A stretch of 64,000 bases of DNA, taken from positions 232,120 through 296,119 of the IMG/VR virus record IMGVR_UViG_3300035698_035366; one strand, given 5' to 3'. This document shows, one piece after another, positions 1-10,153 of this stretch. The notes under the pieces were generated by a model. The model was given only the letters and a program-made list of their open reading frames with translations. It did no database searches and was not told where the DNA came from. The stretch's first letter is position 1, and the number at the start of each line of letters is the position of its first letter. Made by a program: the position numbers and the translations under genes.

Positions 1-67
1 TACAATTGATGTAGAAAATGATGACACTGTTCTTGATATTGATCCAGATTTAACACACATTGATGTT

Positions 68-1348
68 TTGGAAGATGGTTTATATTTCATTGGGTATTCA
101 ATGGATGTTGATTCGGGATCTAATGCAACCACACTTTCTGTCCATCTTAGAGATGTTGGTATAACTCCTATTGTTGACATTCCGGGAACCGTTCGAACCT
201 ATGCTGACGCAGAACACGGAATACTTGCTGCCAGCTCATTCGTTTACCTTGATGCAGGAAGTCGGCTCGAGATTGAAGCAAAAAGAATTGGATCCAATAC
301 GCCCACCATAGTTAATCCAACCATGTATGCTATGAAGGTTGAAGGTGCTAAGGGTGATCAAGGTCCTGCAGGGTCTGGATCAAGTATTCTTGTTAAAGAT
401 GAAGGCACGAATGTTGTAAATACCCCACATGATGCATTAAACTTTGTTGGTCCCAGCGTTACAGTCACAGACGGTGGTAGTGGAGTTGCAACGGTTACGA
501 TTTCTGCAACCCCAGACCAGGACTTATTTAAAACGGTAGCTACCGATTCTGGTAGCTCGGTTGCAGATAATTCAACTGATACCTTGACTCTCAATGGCGG
601 ATCAGGAATTTCAACATCAGCTTCTGGTGATACAATTACGATAACAAACGATTCGCCGAATATTGTCCAAGATGTATTTAAGACCGTATCTAGTGACTCG
701 GGTAGCTCGGTTGCAGATAATTCAACTGATACTTTGACAATTACGGGTGGATCAGGAATTTCAACATCAGCTTCCGGTGATACAATTACCATCTCTAATA
801 CATCTCCAAATATTGTTCAAGATGTATTTAAGACAATTGTTGTAAGTGGGCAATCTAATGTTGTAGCAGAAAGTTCCGCTGATACCCTAACATTGGTTGC
901 TGGAACTAATATGACTATTACTACTGATGCTGGATCAGATACTGTTACGTTTGCAGCATCAGGCGGCGCCGCATATGGCGCGGGATTTGAAGAATCGTCA
1001 AGTGATTCGGAATCAAGCACTACATCATCATATAAACAAACGAAACTAAGCCATACAACCGCATCGTTAACAAGTGGACATAAATATAGAATTGGATATT
1101 CGTTTGAATGTAAAAACTCCAGTGATAGTGGCAAAGTTCTAGTTGATGTGGAAATTGATGGTACTGATATAGGCAATACCTATTATCAACCAGGCGAGGA
1201 TTGCTCAAATAACTATATTATGCAATCAGGTTTTTACTATTCCGATAGTTTGTCTGGTGCAGAAACTATTACAATAAAATTTAGTAACAGTGGTTATGGA
1301 ACAGCGTATATTAAGAAAGCTAGAATAGAAATTTGGAGAGTCTCATAA
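68..1348 (+). CDS. Virion structural / tail-fibre-like protein (probably 5'-truncated by the window edge)
   Basis: Thr/Ser/Gly-rich; short collagen-like GAKGDQGPAG; three ~50-aa repeats (QDxFKTV...DTLTLxGGSGISTSASGDTITI). Confidence 0.7.
   Translation: MEDGLYFIGYSMDVDSGSNATTLSVHLRDVGITPIVDIPGTVRTYADAEHGILAASSFVYLDAGSRLEIEAKRIGSNTPTIVNPTMYAMKVEGAKGDQGPAGSGSSILVKDEGTNVVNTPHDALNFVGPSVTVTDGGSGVATVTISATPDQDLFKTVATDSGSSVADNSTDTLTLNGGSGISTSASGDTITITNDSPNIVQDVFKTVSSDSGSSVADNSTDTLTITGGSGISTSASGDTITISNTSPNIVQDVFKTIVVSGQSNVVAESSADTLTLVAGTNMTITTDAGSDTVTFAASGGAAYGAGFEESSSDSESSTTSSYKQTKLSHTTASLTSGHKYRIGYSFECKNSSDSGKVLVDVEIDGTDIGNTYYQPGEDCSNNYIMQSGFYYSDSLSGAETITIKFSNSGYGTAYIKKARIEIWRVS
518..960 (+). repeat. 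~150-bp tandem repeat (x3, third copy degenerate) inside the tail-fibre-like gene
   Basis: ggtagctcggttgcagataattcaactgatac and ggatcaggaatttcaacatcagcttc recur at 150-nt spacing. Confidence 0.85.
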
Positions 1349-1369
1349 TATTATTGAGGATTATTAAAA

Positions 1370-2302
1370 ATGGCATTATATAACAAAAATAAAACTGGTT
1401 CAATTAAGACAAATCAGCTTCAAGTAGAAATTAACAATGATCTAACTATTGTTCCTTCTTGTACTTCTATATCAAGCAATGGGGATGATTTAATTATTGA
1501 ATTTGCTGATACTTTGACGGGTGCAGAGGAAACTCAGCTTGATACATTGGTTGAAAACCATGTACCAACCGCCGATTTGGTAAATGCTGCTATGTTCCCT
1601 ATATCAGATATTGATGGAATTAAATTAGCGGTTCATTCTTCCCCGAAACCTGATGTTCCCGGTGTAAAATCTATTGCAGTTTGGACTGGTGCTGGAGATG
1701 ATCCAATAACTGGCTCTATTGGAGGAGGTGAATTATTGGGTTTTGAGTGTACTCCAGGAACAGCACTGGTTGAAATTGATGTTAAGTTTTCACCAGTAAA
1801 CGGACGAATATGGATTCATGAAGGTTATTTGAAATTTGATAATGGTGGCGTTGGTGACTATATGGATTCATTGGTTATTTGCAATCCGACGCCATTGCAA
1901 ACATCAGTTAATTTGGATTTAGTTATTGACGGAGATTGGATTAAATATTCACTTAGTGGTCCAGGAACCGGAACTCATGGCTTCGCCGATCCTACTTTAA
2001 TTTCATTGGTGCCAAGACCCTTTTTAAAAGATGGTGATTGGGATTATGATGGGACAAATCTTACCCCTAATTTCGCAGGGGACGGAAATTCTAAAATTTC
2101 AGCTGTAGAGAAAGTTGTTAGCAAATTTCTAAATAAAATTCCTGTTAAGGGGACTTCATCGTTTTTCACAATGACTTCCGATGAAACTACTGAATTGCCT
2201 GCAAATTTCTTCCTTAGAATTCGTGCTCATAATGTATCAAATACGACATGGTCAGCAACGGCTATTATGGAAATTTATAGAGAAAAAACAGTCGACGATT
2301 AA
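1370..2302 (+). CDS. Putative virion structural protein
   Basis: 310 aa, RBS gagga, beta-rich, directly follows the tail-fibre-like gene. Confidence 0.55.
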   Translation: MALYNKNKTGSIKTNQLQVEINNDLTIVPSCTSISSNGDDLIIEFADTLTGAEETQLDTLVENHVPTADLVNAAMFPISDIDGIKLAVHSSPKPDVPGVKSIAVWTGAGDDPITGSIGGGELLGFECTPGTALVEIDVKFSPVNGRIWIHEGYLKFDNGGVGDYMDSLVICNPTPLQTSVNLDLVIDGDWIKYSLSGPGTGTHGFADPTLISLVPRPFLKDGDWDYDGTNLTPNFAGDGNSKISAVEKVVSKFLNKIPVKGTSSFFTMTSDETTELPANFFLRIRAHNVSNTTWSATAIMEIYREKTVDD

Positions 2303-2379
2303 AATTATTAAGAATATTGATATTCCTTCTATTATTTGTTATATTAAATTATAATATCATAATAAAAGGGTTATAATTT

Positions 2380-3312
2380 ATGGATAATCAATGCAGGACT
2401 ACGGAAGAATTATATGATGAATGTAATCGGATCGTTAAGGAATCTGAACATGTATCAATCACACCATCCAAATATGTAAATTTTGATCATGCGTTTGTGG
2501 AGAACCCAGAGCCAGTTTCAATGGTGTGGTACCTAAGTGAAGATACAGATGATCACCAACAGGCGTTTGGTGAATTTATAGTTTCTTCCGCCTTTAATGG
2601 TGGTTACTGGTATGATACAGATCCCGTAACACAATGGGAAGTAAATGGTTCCGGTAGCATGGCTATGGAAAAATGGATACGTGAGGAATTATTCAATAAC
2701 GGCCTTCATCCATATCATTGCCAAGACCGTCAAAAAGTTATAAAGAAGCTTTATCCAAGTCTTGATTTGCAGCCAAATGCAGCACATCGAAAAAGAATTA
2801 TATCTGAACTTGCGTTTAATAACCGTCGATTTGCAGAACCCATTATGCGTCAAAGACACACAAATCGAGAAGAATACACTTTCAATTGGCTCGATGTTTC
2901 ATTTTTAGCAGATTGCTTACCTGAATCATTTGGTGGAGATCCGTATTTGAAAAAGGCTTGTTTAGTATATCTCATATTTACGGGTTGGCTTCGATCAAAG
3001 GGTATTAAAGTTACTGCTGATTTCCCAATCCCAACCGATTATCAAATGCCACGAATTTTCCAATATGAAGGAGCAATTGATATTACAGTAGCTTTTGAAA
3101 ACGAATTGAATGCCGGGAAGCTTGTTGATGTAACATCACCAGAAGTAATGGCTTTTAGAGCAGCGGGAATTGTTGTCGCACATGAACTTGCTGAACGTTA
3201 TGGTCTCGATGATTACCAGATTGATAATGTACTGTTTAGTCTGTATCGCAAAGACGAAAACTTCATAAAAAACTCTGTAAAACCAATGCGTTGCATGAGC
3301 ATGTGGTTCTAA
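2380..3312 (+). CDS. Queuosine salvage / queuosine-nucleotide glycosylase-like protein (DUF2419/QNG1 family)
   Basis: Motifs F..DPYLKKAcL and PTDYQMPRIF..G.I, then EVMAFRAAGIVVAHEL and YQIDNVLF, match the family pattern. Confidence 0.7.
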   Translation: MDNQCRTTEELYDECNRIVKESEHVSITPSKYVNFDHAFVENPEPVSMVWYLSEDTDDHQQAFGEFIVSSAFNGGYWYDTDPVTQWEVNGSGSMAMEKWIREELFNNGLHPYHCQDRQKVIKKLYPSLDLQPNAAHRKRIISELAFNNRRFAEPIMRQRHTNREEYTFNWLDVSFLADCLPESFGGDPYLKKACLVYLIFTGWLRSKGIKVTADFPIPTDYQMPRIFQYEGAIDITVAFENELNAGKLVDVTSPEVMAFRAAGIVVAHELAERYGLDDYQIDNVLFSLYRKDENFIKNSVKPMRCMSMWF

Positions 3313-3313
3313 C

Positions 3314-3559
3314 ATGCATATTGACACCCTAATACAAGAATATGTTGTAATTCGCGATAAAATGCGAAAAGCGCAGGAAATTGAGCAGGATTTGCGTTCC
3401 AAATGGTTTAATGAAGATGATTATCTAACAAACAAAGCCATTATGAAAATACGCAAGTCATGGTTGAGCCAACTTGATATTGTTAGTAATTTGTCTCAAA
3501 AAGCTAACAAGGCCAAGCGTTTGATTACTGAAGAGCTTGACAATCTCCCCAGTTCATAG
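3314..3559 (+). CDS. Hypothetical coiled-coil protein
   Basis: 81-aa ORF tightly packed between neighbours. Confidence 0.5.
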   Translation: MHIDTLIQEYVVIRDKMRKAQEIEQDLRSKWFNEDDYLTNKAIMKIRKSWLSQLDIVSNLSQKANKAKRLITEELDNLPSS

Positions 3560-3570
3560 TATAATAAGCT

Positions 3571-4017
3571 ATGACAAACATTACAACAAACCGCCGCGCG
3601 AAATTTGACTACGAACTGGAACAATCCTACGAAGCGGGGATTGAGCTCGTTGGTTCAGAAGTTAAGACTCTTCGAACTCGTGGAGCCAGCATTGTCGAAT
3701 CATATGTAGAGGTCAAAGACGACGAATGTTGGTTAATTAATGCTAACATTGAACCATATGAACCAGCTAGGATTAATCATGAGCCAAAGCGTCGCCGGAA
3801 GCTTTTGTTGCACCGGCGTGAAATCGACCAGATGACAGTGAAAGTTCAACAGCGTGGATATACTATTGTCCCAGTAAAAATGTATTTTAATTCCAGAGGC
3901 CGAGTGAAGATTGAAATTGCTATCGGCAAGGGGAAGCATACATATGATAAGAAAAGGGCTATTCGTGATCGTATAGTTGATCGAGAAACCCAACGAGAGA
4001 TGAAGAATTTAGGTTAA
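3571..4017 (+). CDS. smpB: SsrA (tmRNA)-binding protein SmpB
   Basis: NRRAKFDY, EAGIELVGSEVK, RRRKLLLHRREI, GKGKHTYDKK; ATG 6 nt after a TATAAT box (leaderless). Confidence 0.97.
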   Translation: MTNITTNRRAKFDYELEQSYEAGIELVGSEVKTLRTRGASIVESYVEVKDDECWLINANIEPYEPARINHEPKRRRKLLLHRREIDQMTVKVQQRGYTIVPVKMYFNSRGRVKIEIAIGKGKHTYDKKRAIRDRIVDRETQREMKNLG

Positions 4018-4029
4018 CAGGCATATAAA

Positions 4030-4533
4030 ATGACTTTGATTTATTGTGATCCTGTAGAACTTATTAGACACCAAACAATACTCAAGCTATCGTCGGATAA
4101 CCCGATCCGAACATATGAGATCGAGAACGAATTCGTATTCTTACCATTTGCTCCATGTTTATATAACCGCCGAAAGAGGCGACAAGAGCAATATCGTGGT
4201 ATTATTGGTATGTGTCGAATCGATGTTAATGCATTTAATCAATTGCAAGAAGATTACACCGAAGAATTGGAGGGCTTACCGGATTGGAAGCACTGCGCCG
4301 CGACCCAAAAAAATGCTCTTGAATATGTATGGTACATAAATGGTCCAGTTGATTTCGATACTGATTTGGTCGATATTGAGGCAGATGATTATATAGCATT
4401 AAGAAACAATCTAAGAACTAATTGTCGTCAAAATTGGCGAGTTGCTAATCCTAATAAAATTTTCAGACGTAAGACCATTAATATCATGATGCGTCAATTC
4501 TTGATGACCCATTTGTCGGCGAGTGATTTTTAA
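4030..4533 (+). CDS. Hypothetical protein
   Basis: 167-aa ORF, co-directional with neighbours. Confidence 0.6.
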   Translation: MTLIYCDPVELIRHQTILKLSSDNPIRTYEIENEFVFLPFAPCLYNRRKRRQEQYRGIIGMCRIDVNAFNQLQEDYTEELEGLPDWKHCAATQKNALEYVWYINGPVDFDTDLVDIEADDYIALRNNLRTNCRQNWRVANPNKIFRRKTINIMMRQFLMTHLSASDF

Positions 4534-4545
4534 CTAAATACTTAT

Positions 4546-4959
4546 ATGGTACAAGAAAATCAATTTTTAGAAACTACTGGCGAGCGTGAAATTTTACATG
4601 ATACTGTTCACGCAATCGAATTTGAATTACGGTCTGAAAAGGCTATAATTATTCGAGCAGCAATTACAACCGATGAAGAGGCTCAAGCTTATTCATTGAG
4701 GATGTGGATTTCTCGACAACCATTCTCTACATCTATTCCTGACGTTTATTCAAGCGTTAATATTATTGGTGTTTATCATGTACCTACGATCCTCCCGATC
4801 AAAGCAAAAGACGCTAAAATGTCGGTTGAAGGATATCATATTATCGAGCCAGCCGGAACGCTTTATGTAAACTTGCATAATCGCTCTGGGGCGAATGGAG
4901 CGTATGTTATTGATATCACTGAATTAGATAAGGACATATGTTTTAATCCTGATGAATAG
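4546..4959 (+). CDS. Hypothetical protein (late, leaderless)
   Basis: TAAATA at 4535 followed 5 nt later by ATG. Confidence 0.6.
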   Translation: MVQENQFLETTGEREILHDTVHAIEFELRSEKAIIIRAAITTDEEAQAYSLRMWISRQPFSTSIPDVYSSVNIIGVYHVPTILPIKAKDAKMSVEGYHIIEPAGTLYVNLHNRSGANGAYVIDITELDKDICFNPDE

Positions 4960-4997
4960 CAACTAAATACTATAGTTAATAACATCAGGAGAAAGTT

Positions 4998-5261
4998 GTG
5001 GAAGCGATCGAAACACTAATAAATTTAATACTGGCCGGCGGACCACAAGCAGTAGCAGCAATTTTGATTTTAGTAGTATTTTTCTGCATCTATACTATTA
5101 GATCTCTAAATGCAAGAATAAAAGAAAAAGATATACTTTTGAAGAATCGGGAAGAGAGAAATGAGCAATTAATGGAGCGTTATCATGATGCTACTTTAAC
5201 AGTAGTTGGGGCATTGAATAATGTCGAGAAAGCTATTGTAGAAATTAAGGCGAAACTATAA
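4998..5261 (+). CDS. Small membrane protein, holin-like (1 TM + coiled coil)
   Basis: Hydrophobic AVAAILILVVFFCIY followed by coiled coil; RBS aggag; TAAATA upstream. Confidence 0.5.
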   Translation: MEAIETLINLILAGGPQAVAAILILVVFFCIYTIRSLNARIKEKDILLKNREERNEQLMERYHDATLTVVGALNNVEKAIVEIKAKL

Positions 5262-5279
5262 CAACTGGAGCAAATTGAA

Positions 5280-6221
5280 GTGGATTGGTTAAACTACCTG
5301 TACCATAAAAATCCCGATTTAGCGAAGAAAGAAATACTTCAAGTTAAGTCTGAAGAGAAATTTTTAGAACAAAGCTATAATCTTCTTGCGAATGCCGTAA
5401 AAAACACTTCAAACGCGGTCGATGATCTTATATCAGGTGATAATGATCCATTATTTAAAACCAAGCGTAGAATTAATGCTATGGGACATTTAATACATGA
5501 TGTAATTGCGGTGACATCCAAAGATGGAACGATTGATACAATATCAAATAAATGCAATGCAATGTTTGGCCATGACGAAGAATATTACATTGGGGAAAAC
5601 ATCAGTGAACTTTTTGCTATTAGTGTTAGAGAACAACATTTTGGCTATTTTAATGGTGATATGCCATATGACCATGATACGAACCCAACCATTGAAACAA
5701 TTATGTGTCGTGGTGATCATTCAGAATTTTATGCTGAATTTACAATAGAAAAATTTGAGGAAGACGATGAATGTATGTTTATGATAATAATACGTGATAT
5801 CACTTCTAGAAAAGATGATGAAGGAAAACTTCAAGAAGCCAAAAGAAATGAAAACTTCCACCGAATGTTAGCAACCTGTCTAGATCACATTGACGATATG
5901 GTAATCCTGGTTAATGCGGAAAAAAACGCGGTATATGTTAATAAAGCATTCACTGATCATTATGGATTTTGCCTCGATGATATCGTTGGAAAAAGACCAC
6001 GGGATGTCATCGGAGAACTCCCAATTAATCCAGAATTATATGAAAATATATATAGTGATTATTTGGATAACGGCCTTATATGGACAGGGCAATTACCTAA
6101 TAAAACTAAAAATGGTAATGGTGTTATTGACGATATTAAAATTATTCCTATAATGGGTGATGATAACAAGCCACAATTTTATCTTTCCATCCATAAATTA
6201 GTGGTTGACAATTCTGTATAA
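5280..6221 (+). CDS. Tandem PAS-domain protein with no output domain
   Basis: Two PAS repeats: N...MFG....IG.NI..L...IIRDIT.RK and YVNKAF...YGF...DIVGK.P. Confidence 0.85.
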   Translation: MDWLNYLYHKNPDLAKKEILQVKSEEKFLEQSYNLLANAVKNTSNAVDDLISGDNDPLFKTKRRINAMGHLIHDVIAVTSKDGTIDTISNKCNAMFGHDEEYYIGENISELFAISVREQHFGYFNGDMPYDHDTNPTIETIMCRGDHSEFYAEFTIEKFEEDDECMFMIIIRDITSRKDDEGKLQEAKRNENFHRMLATCLDHIDDMVILVNAEKNAVYVNKAFTDHYGFCLDDIVGKRPRDVIGELPINPELYENIYSDYLDNGLIWTGQLPNKTKNGNGVIDDIKIIPIMGDDNKPQFYLSIHKLVVDNSV

Positions 6222-6257
6222 TGTAATATAATATGCATGTAACTTAAAGGAAGCAAC

Positions 6258-8525
6258 ATGACTGTATATGCATATAAGACAGAATTCGAAGACGAACAAG
6301 TCCTTGCGATCGTTGCCGGCGATACAATTTCTGAAATGAATGGCTGGTGGAAAAAGAACGAATCCCGAGACGATGTTTATATTACTGATATTTTAATGGA
6401 TCATGTATCCGACGACGAACTGCGGAAGTTTAAACGACCCGTTGTCATGCTCAAGCTAAACGGCGCGACGCCTGAAAGTAAAGCAAGCGCCGAAAGTATT
6501 GAGCTAGTGCCTGGGCCCAATGCTGCAAAGTCATGTCAGGAGAATATGGTCGCCGAAGAAAATGATGTCGATGAGTATTCTGCTTCAACTGGTGACCGAC
6601 GAACTATTGGTGAAGTAACTGGTACTGCCCACGCTGATAAATGGGATAAGGCACCAACTGATGCAAAAACTATGAAGGCACCAGATGGCGTTACTGGTCA
6701 AGATGGGCAGGGCGGCACAGCCGGCAAGCTAAAGAAGACCGAAGAGCAGATTGAAGAAGAGCGTGGAAAAATCGTCGAACGCAAAACAAACAAAATCCTT
6801 ATTGCTGTACGAGAAGGTCGGTGTTCAACGCACGCTGTTCACACTCTTGCAGATGAAATGCTCGGCGAAGAAAAGATTTCCGAAATCGTTGCAAACTCAA
6901 TCAGGTCTTCAATTCCCAAGCTAAATGATGCAAAGAAGGAAGTTAAGCGCGTTGCACTTGCGGAAATGCGCGGATATATTGAAGAACTAAATTCCGCCAT
7001 TATCAATCCAGCACAAGAAGTTGTTGATGCTGATCGTAACTCAATTGGTGTTATCCGCAACGAACAGGACGCCCACGGAAACATTAACATTACGGCCATC
7101 CATCGCTCATCTGAAGAGCGTGCCGAAGCACTTCGTCATATTACCGAAGCACGTGAGTCGGCCCGGAAACAGGACGAGAAGAATAAGGTTGCAGTCCAGA
7201 CCGCCGCAGCCAAAGTTGGCATGGATCCGATGAAGCCTGGCACTGCAACTTCGATTCTTCCTGATGGTCGTGTTGCTCAGGAGCATGGAACGGCCAAGGT
7301 TGTGAAGATTGTTGATGTCGATGGTCAAAATGCAAAACATTACAGCGTAACTGAGCAGGGCGAAATTACAGCCGAAGAGTATGAAGAGAAAGTTTCAAAG
7401 GCTGATGCGGTTATCCAGCGCGACCTAACTGACGGTGAAGAATTTGCCGATGCTGTTGATTCGTTGAAGGCCGCCGTTGACACGCTCGGAGAAGCTGTTG
7501 AGGATTTGAATGGTGCTATCACAGGACCAGTAAATATGGATGACATTGATTTAGTCGTCGAATGCACTGAGATTGCAGAACCAGAGACAGTTGTAGAGTC
7601 GGACCCCATAGAAAACCCCGAAAATTGGGTGTTCGCGGTTGCTGGTGATGTTGACTACGAAGAGCTTGTTATTATTTATCGGGAGGTTTGGGAAAAGACT
7701 GGTAAGACAGAACAGCCCAATGCCGCTGATGTTGATTGGCTAAACATCAACAATTATCGTTACAAGGGAAACGGTCGCTGGACATATTTGACAGGTTCAG
7801 TAACCGATGGCCGTAACCGCCTCATTAGTTATGGTTGTGAAGAACTTCCGGCTCTTACTAACGAACTTGATGAAAAATATGATTGGAAAGTTGGTAAGCG
7901 TGGTCAGCGTCTTTTCAAAGATGAAGAAAAGGCAAAGGATTATTACTTTGCCATTTGCCCGCCAGGGTTTCATGCGGAAGAAGAAACGATCTTTGGTCAC
8001 CGCACCTGGGTTGTCATGTTCCCACGCAAACGGTTTGATGATGGTGAAAATCCAGGCGAGCAGGAAGACTCAATCAGCGAAAAGACATTGAAAAAGTATG
8101 GTTGGGAAAGTCACGGGAACAATGTGTTCTCTGTTGAAACCCCCGCTGGTCAGGTTTCAGTTGGGCTTCTTGCACAGGATGCAAAAGAAAATGGTCAGTT
8201 GCTTTACCGTATGGGTCTCGACCCCAACACGGTACCATATGATTGGCCTTTCCATTACCGAGATTCTGGTACGCGAAAGAGTTCAAATGATTTCCGCCAG
8301 GAAGCGATTCGGATCCTAGAAATTGCCCGTAAGCAGGGAATTGTTCTAGAAGATGATAACGGAGTTGTCGAACACTCGGCTCCAGTTGGCGTCAACCAAG
8401 AAGTGGTTGGTGATGAGAGTGGTGATGATATCACCGAAGACGTTCTTAAAACACTTGGCACTTCACTAGATGAAGTCAACGCGAAGAAGAATAAGGACAA
8501 AGACAAAGAAGACGATAAAGAGTAG
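6258..8525 (+). CDS. Large acidic hypothetical protein
   Basis: 755-aa ORF, sigma70-like promoter and RBS upstream. Confidence 0.75.
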   Translation: MTVYAYKTEFEDEQVLAIVAGDTISEMNGWWKKNESRDDVYITDILMDHVSDDELRKFKRPVVMLKLNGATPESKASAESIELVPGPNAAKSCQENMVAEENDVDEYSASTGDRRTIGEVTGTAHADKWDKAPTDAKTMKAPDGVTGQDGQGGTAGKLKKTEEQIEEERGKIVERKTNKILIAVREGRCSTHAVHTLADEMLGEEKISEIVANSIRSSIPKLNDAKKEVKRVALAEMRGYIEELNSAIINPAQEVVDADRNSIGVIRNEQDAHGNINITAIHRSSEERAEALRHITEARESARKQDEKNKVAVQTAAAKVGMDPMKPGTATSILPDGRVAQEHGTAKVVKIVDVDGQNAKHYSVTEQGEITAEEYEEKVSKADAVIQRDLTDGEEFADAVDSLKAAVDTLGEAVEDLNGAITGPVNMDDIDLVVECTEIAEPETVVESDPIENPENWVFAVAGDVDYEELVIIYREVWEKTGKTEQPNAADVDWLNINNYRYKGNGRWTYLTGSVTDGRNRLISYGCEELPALTNELDEKYDWKVGKRGQRLFKDEEKAKDYYFAICPPGFHAEEETIFGHRTWVVMFPRKRFDDGENPGEQEDSISEKTLKKYGWESHGNNVFSVETPAGQVSVGLLAQDAKENGQLLYRMGLDPNTVPYDWPFHYRDSGTRKSSNDFRQEAIRILEIARKQGIVLEDDNGVVEHSAPVGVNQEVVGDESGDDITEDVLKTLGTSLDEVNAKKNKDKDKEDDKE

Positions 8526-8573
8526 ACATATTTTTTCAAGAGAATTGGGCGCCGTGTGCGTCCATTTCTTTGA

Positions 8574-9023
8574 TTACTTGATTAGTTTTTTATAAATTTT
8601 TAATAAATCCGTCTTTTTCTCTTTACCGGTTAATTCTTGCTCGTGTTCTTCAATGAGAATTTTTACCTGTTCGGTTTTATTTAATCGTCTAAATTTCTTC
8701 CAACGATCCGACATGAGACTTGGATGCTCATAAGTTGTATGCTCTTTTTTCAAGTAAACTAAAAGTTGCTCAACCCATTCAACATAATCAGTTCCTCGAC
8801 CAACATGACCAGATCGTTTGAATCGATAGAGCATTGTACCTTCGAGGAGGTTGCATTTTTGGCATAAAACTGAACGGATCATTCCTGTTTCGTGATCGTG
8901 ATCTACGTGTTGATTTGACCCGGATTCATCTCTTAAATCAAGTTTACAAATACCACATTTATAATCTTGTTTCTCTAATAATTCTTTTCGAACTGCTGGT
9001 AAATCTTTGTTTGTAAGCCTCAT
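8574..9023 (-). CDS. Recombination endonuclease VII (T4 gp49-like)
   Basis: Q.YKCGIC...HVDHDHETGMIRSVLCQKCN..EG; likely start ATG 9023 after TAAATA. Confidence 0.9.
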   Translation of the reverse strand: MRLTNKDLPAVRKELLEKQDYKCGICKLDLRDESGSNQHVDHDHETGMIRSVLCQKCNLLEGTMLYRFKRSGHVGRGTDYVEWVEQLLVYLKKEHTTYEHPSLMSDRWKKFRRLNKTEQVKILIEEHEQELTGKEKKTDLLKIYKKLIK

Positions 9024-9036
9024 GCTACTATTTATA

Positions 9037-9070
9037 AGGTTGACAAAAGTGCGATCTGTGTTATAATAAT
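9037..9070 (+). promoter_or_regulatory. Sigma70-type early promoter (representative of a repeated module)
   Basis: aggTTGACA-N17-TATAAT followed by cataacgcaaacaggaga; near copies at 9687, 22155, 33845, 34069, 34332, 40023, 44087, 54040 and on the - strand near 39160. Confidence 0.85.
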
Positions 9071-9096
9071 GACATAACGCAAACAGGAGATACAAA

Positions 9097-9375
9097 ATGA
9101 AAATTTCAGATCGTCATTTAGAAATCTTAAACTTTGTTGCTGCCAATCCCGATTGTTCCACTAACAAAGTGTATATTGGCACCAGCCCCATTTGTCAGAG
9201 TACTGGTCGAACAAGATCGATGGGAACGTCGGGGTGGACTATCCCGGATACTCTCAAACGCAAAGGTTTGATTACAATTAAAAAGATCATGCCCAAAAAT
9301 ACGTCTTATCACAACACTCATTTGGTTCGTTATTACTGGAACCTCACCAAAAAGGGTCGCAATGCAATTGCGTAA
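9097..9375 (+). CDS. Small winged-helix-like protein
   Basis: LEILNFV...LKRKGLITI...YYWNLTKKG pattern; strong promoter and RBS. Confidence 0.55.
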   Translation: MKISDRHLEILNFVAANPDCSTNKVYIGTSPICQSTGRTRSMGTSGWTIPDTLKRKGLITIKKIMPKNTSYHNTHLVRYYWNLTKKGRNAIA

Positions 9376-9381
9376 TTAAAA

Positions 9382-9687
9382 ATGAAGAATTGGACCGAGC
9401 ATCACCAAATTAGTCAATCAATCAAGCACACTTGCGTGGTTAAAACCAATGAGGATTGGTATCCAACAGTCAATGGTGAATTGAAGATGTCGGTGATGAA
9501 ATACAATGCCGGTAAAGCAAACAAACTAAATCGAATTTGTATCTGGGGTGGGGATGATTTTGGAATGGATCGAGATTTCGAAGATTTCGACTCGATAACG
9601 TTTGACGAAATGAAAGAGATTGCGGATAATATCCCAGAACCAATAACTGTTAAATGGCTATTAGCAAATGGTTTCATTTATGCATAA
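9382..9687 (+). CDS. Hypothetical phage protein
   Basis: 101 aa, WGGDDFGMDRDF motif. Confidence 0.6.
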   Translation: MKNWTEHHQISQSIKHTCVVKTNEDWYPTVNGELKMSVMKYNAGKANKLNRICIWGGDDFGMDRDFEDFDSITFDEMKEIADNIPEPITVKWLLANGFIYA

Positions 9688-9748
9688 GGTTGACATCTCC
9701 CAGTTCTATGTTATAATTATAACATAAGCAAACAACAGGAGAAGATCG

Positions 9749-10153
9749 ATGGAAAAGTTGGTAATCAGTTATCAAGTAGGTGACGACACCTATTCGAATG
9801 AAGTAATCGAATGCGTGCATTGTGAATCGAAAGATCATTTCGGTGTCATGTTCATCGAAGAGGTAGAGAAATTTTACAAATCGGAAGATCGGGGCCAGAC
9901 ACTGTGGTCAACCGTTGAAGCTGCAACCTCTGCCGGTAACACTGACAAGGCTAATAATGCTTTCGAAGAATATCTCGAATGGCAAACATCTAGACCACGT
10001 TCTGTTATCGTATGCGGTAAGGATTTTGGTAGTTTCCAGGATATGACGTTTGATATAAAAGGCAAGATGACGTCATTTGAACTTCCGGAAATCCAGACCT
10101 TGGAAGAATGGTTCGATAGTCGAATCCCATACATGGAGAATGAAAATGAATAA
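9749..10153 (+). CDS. Hypothetical early protein
   Basis: Promoter module plus RBS aggag. Confidence 0.65.
   Translation: MEKLVISYQVGDDTYSNEVIECVHCESKDHFGVMFIEEVEKFYKSEDRGQTLWSTVEAATSAGNTDKANNAFEEYLEWQTSRPRSVIVCGKDFGSFQDMTFDIKGKMTSFELPEIQTLEEWFDSRIPYMENENE

Noticed and set aside
358-1208. Minus-strand ORFs inside the tail-fibre gene (and similar antisense ORFs in 6258, rIIA, rIIB)
   Set aside because: Antisense shadows caused by the codon bias of the + strand genes.
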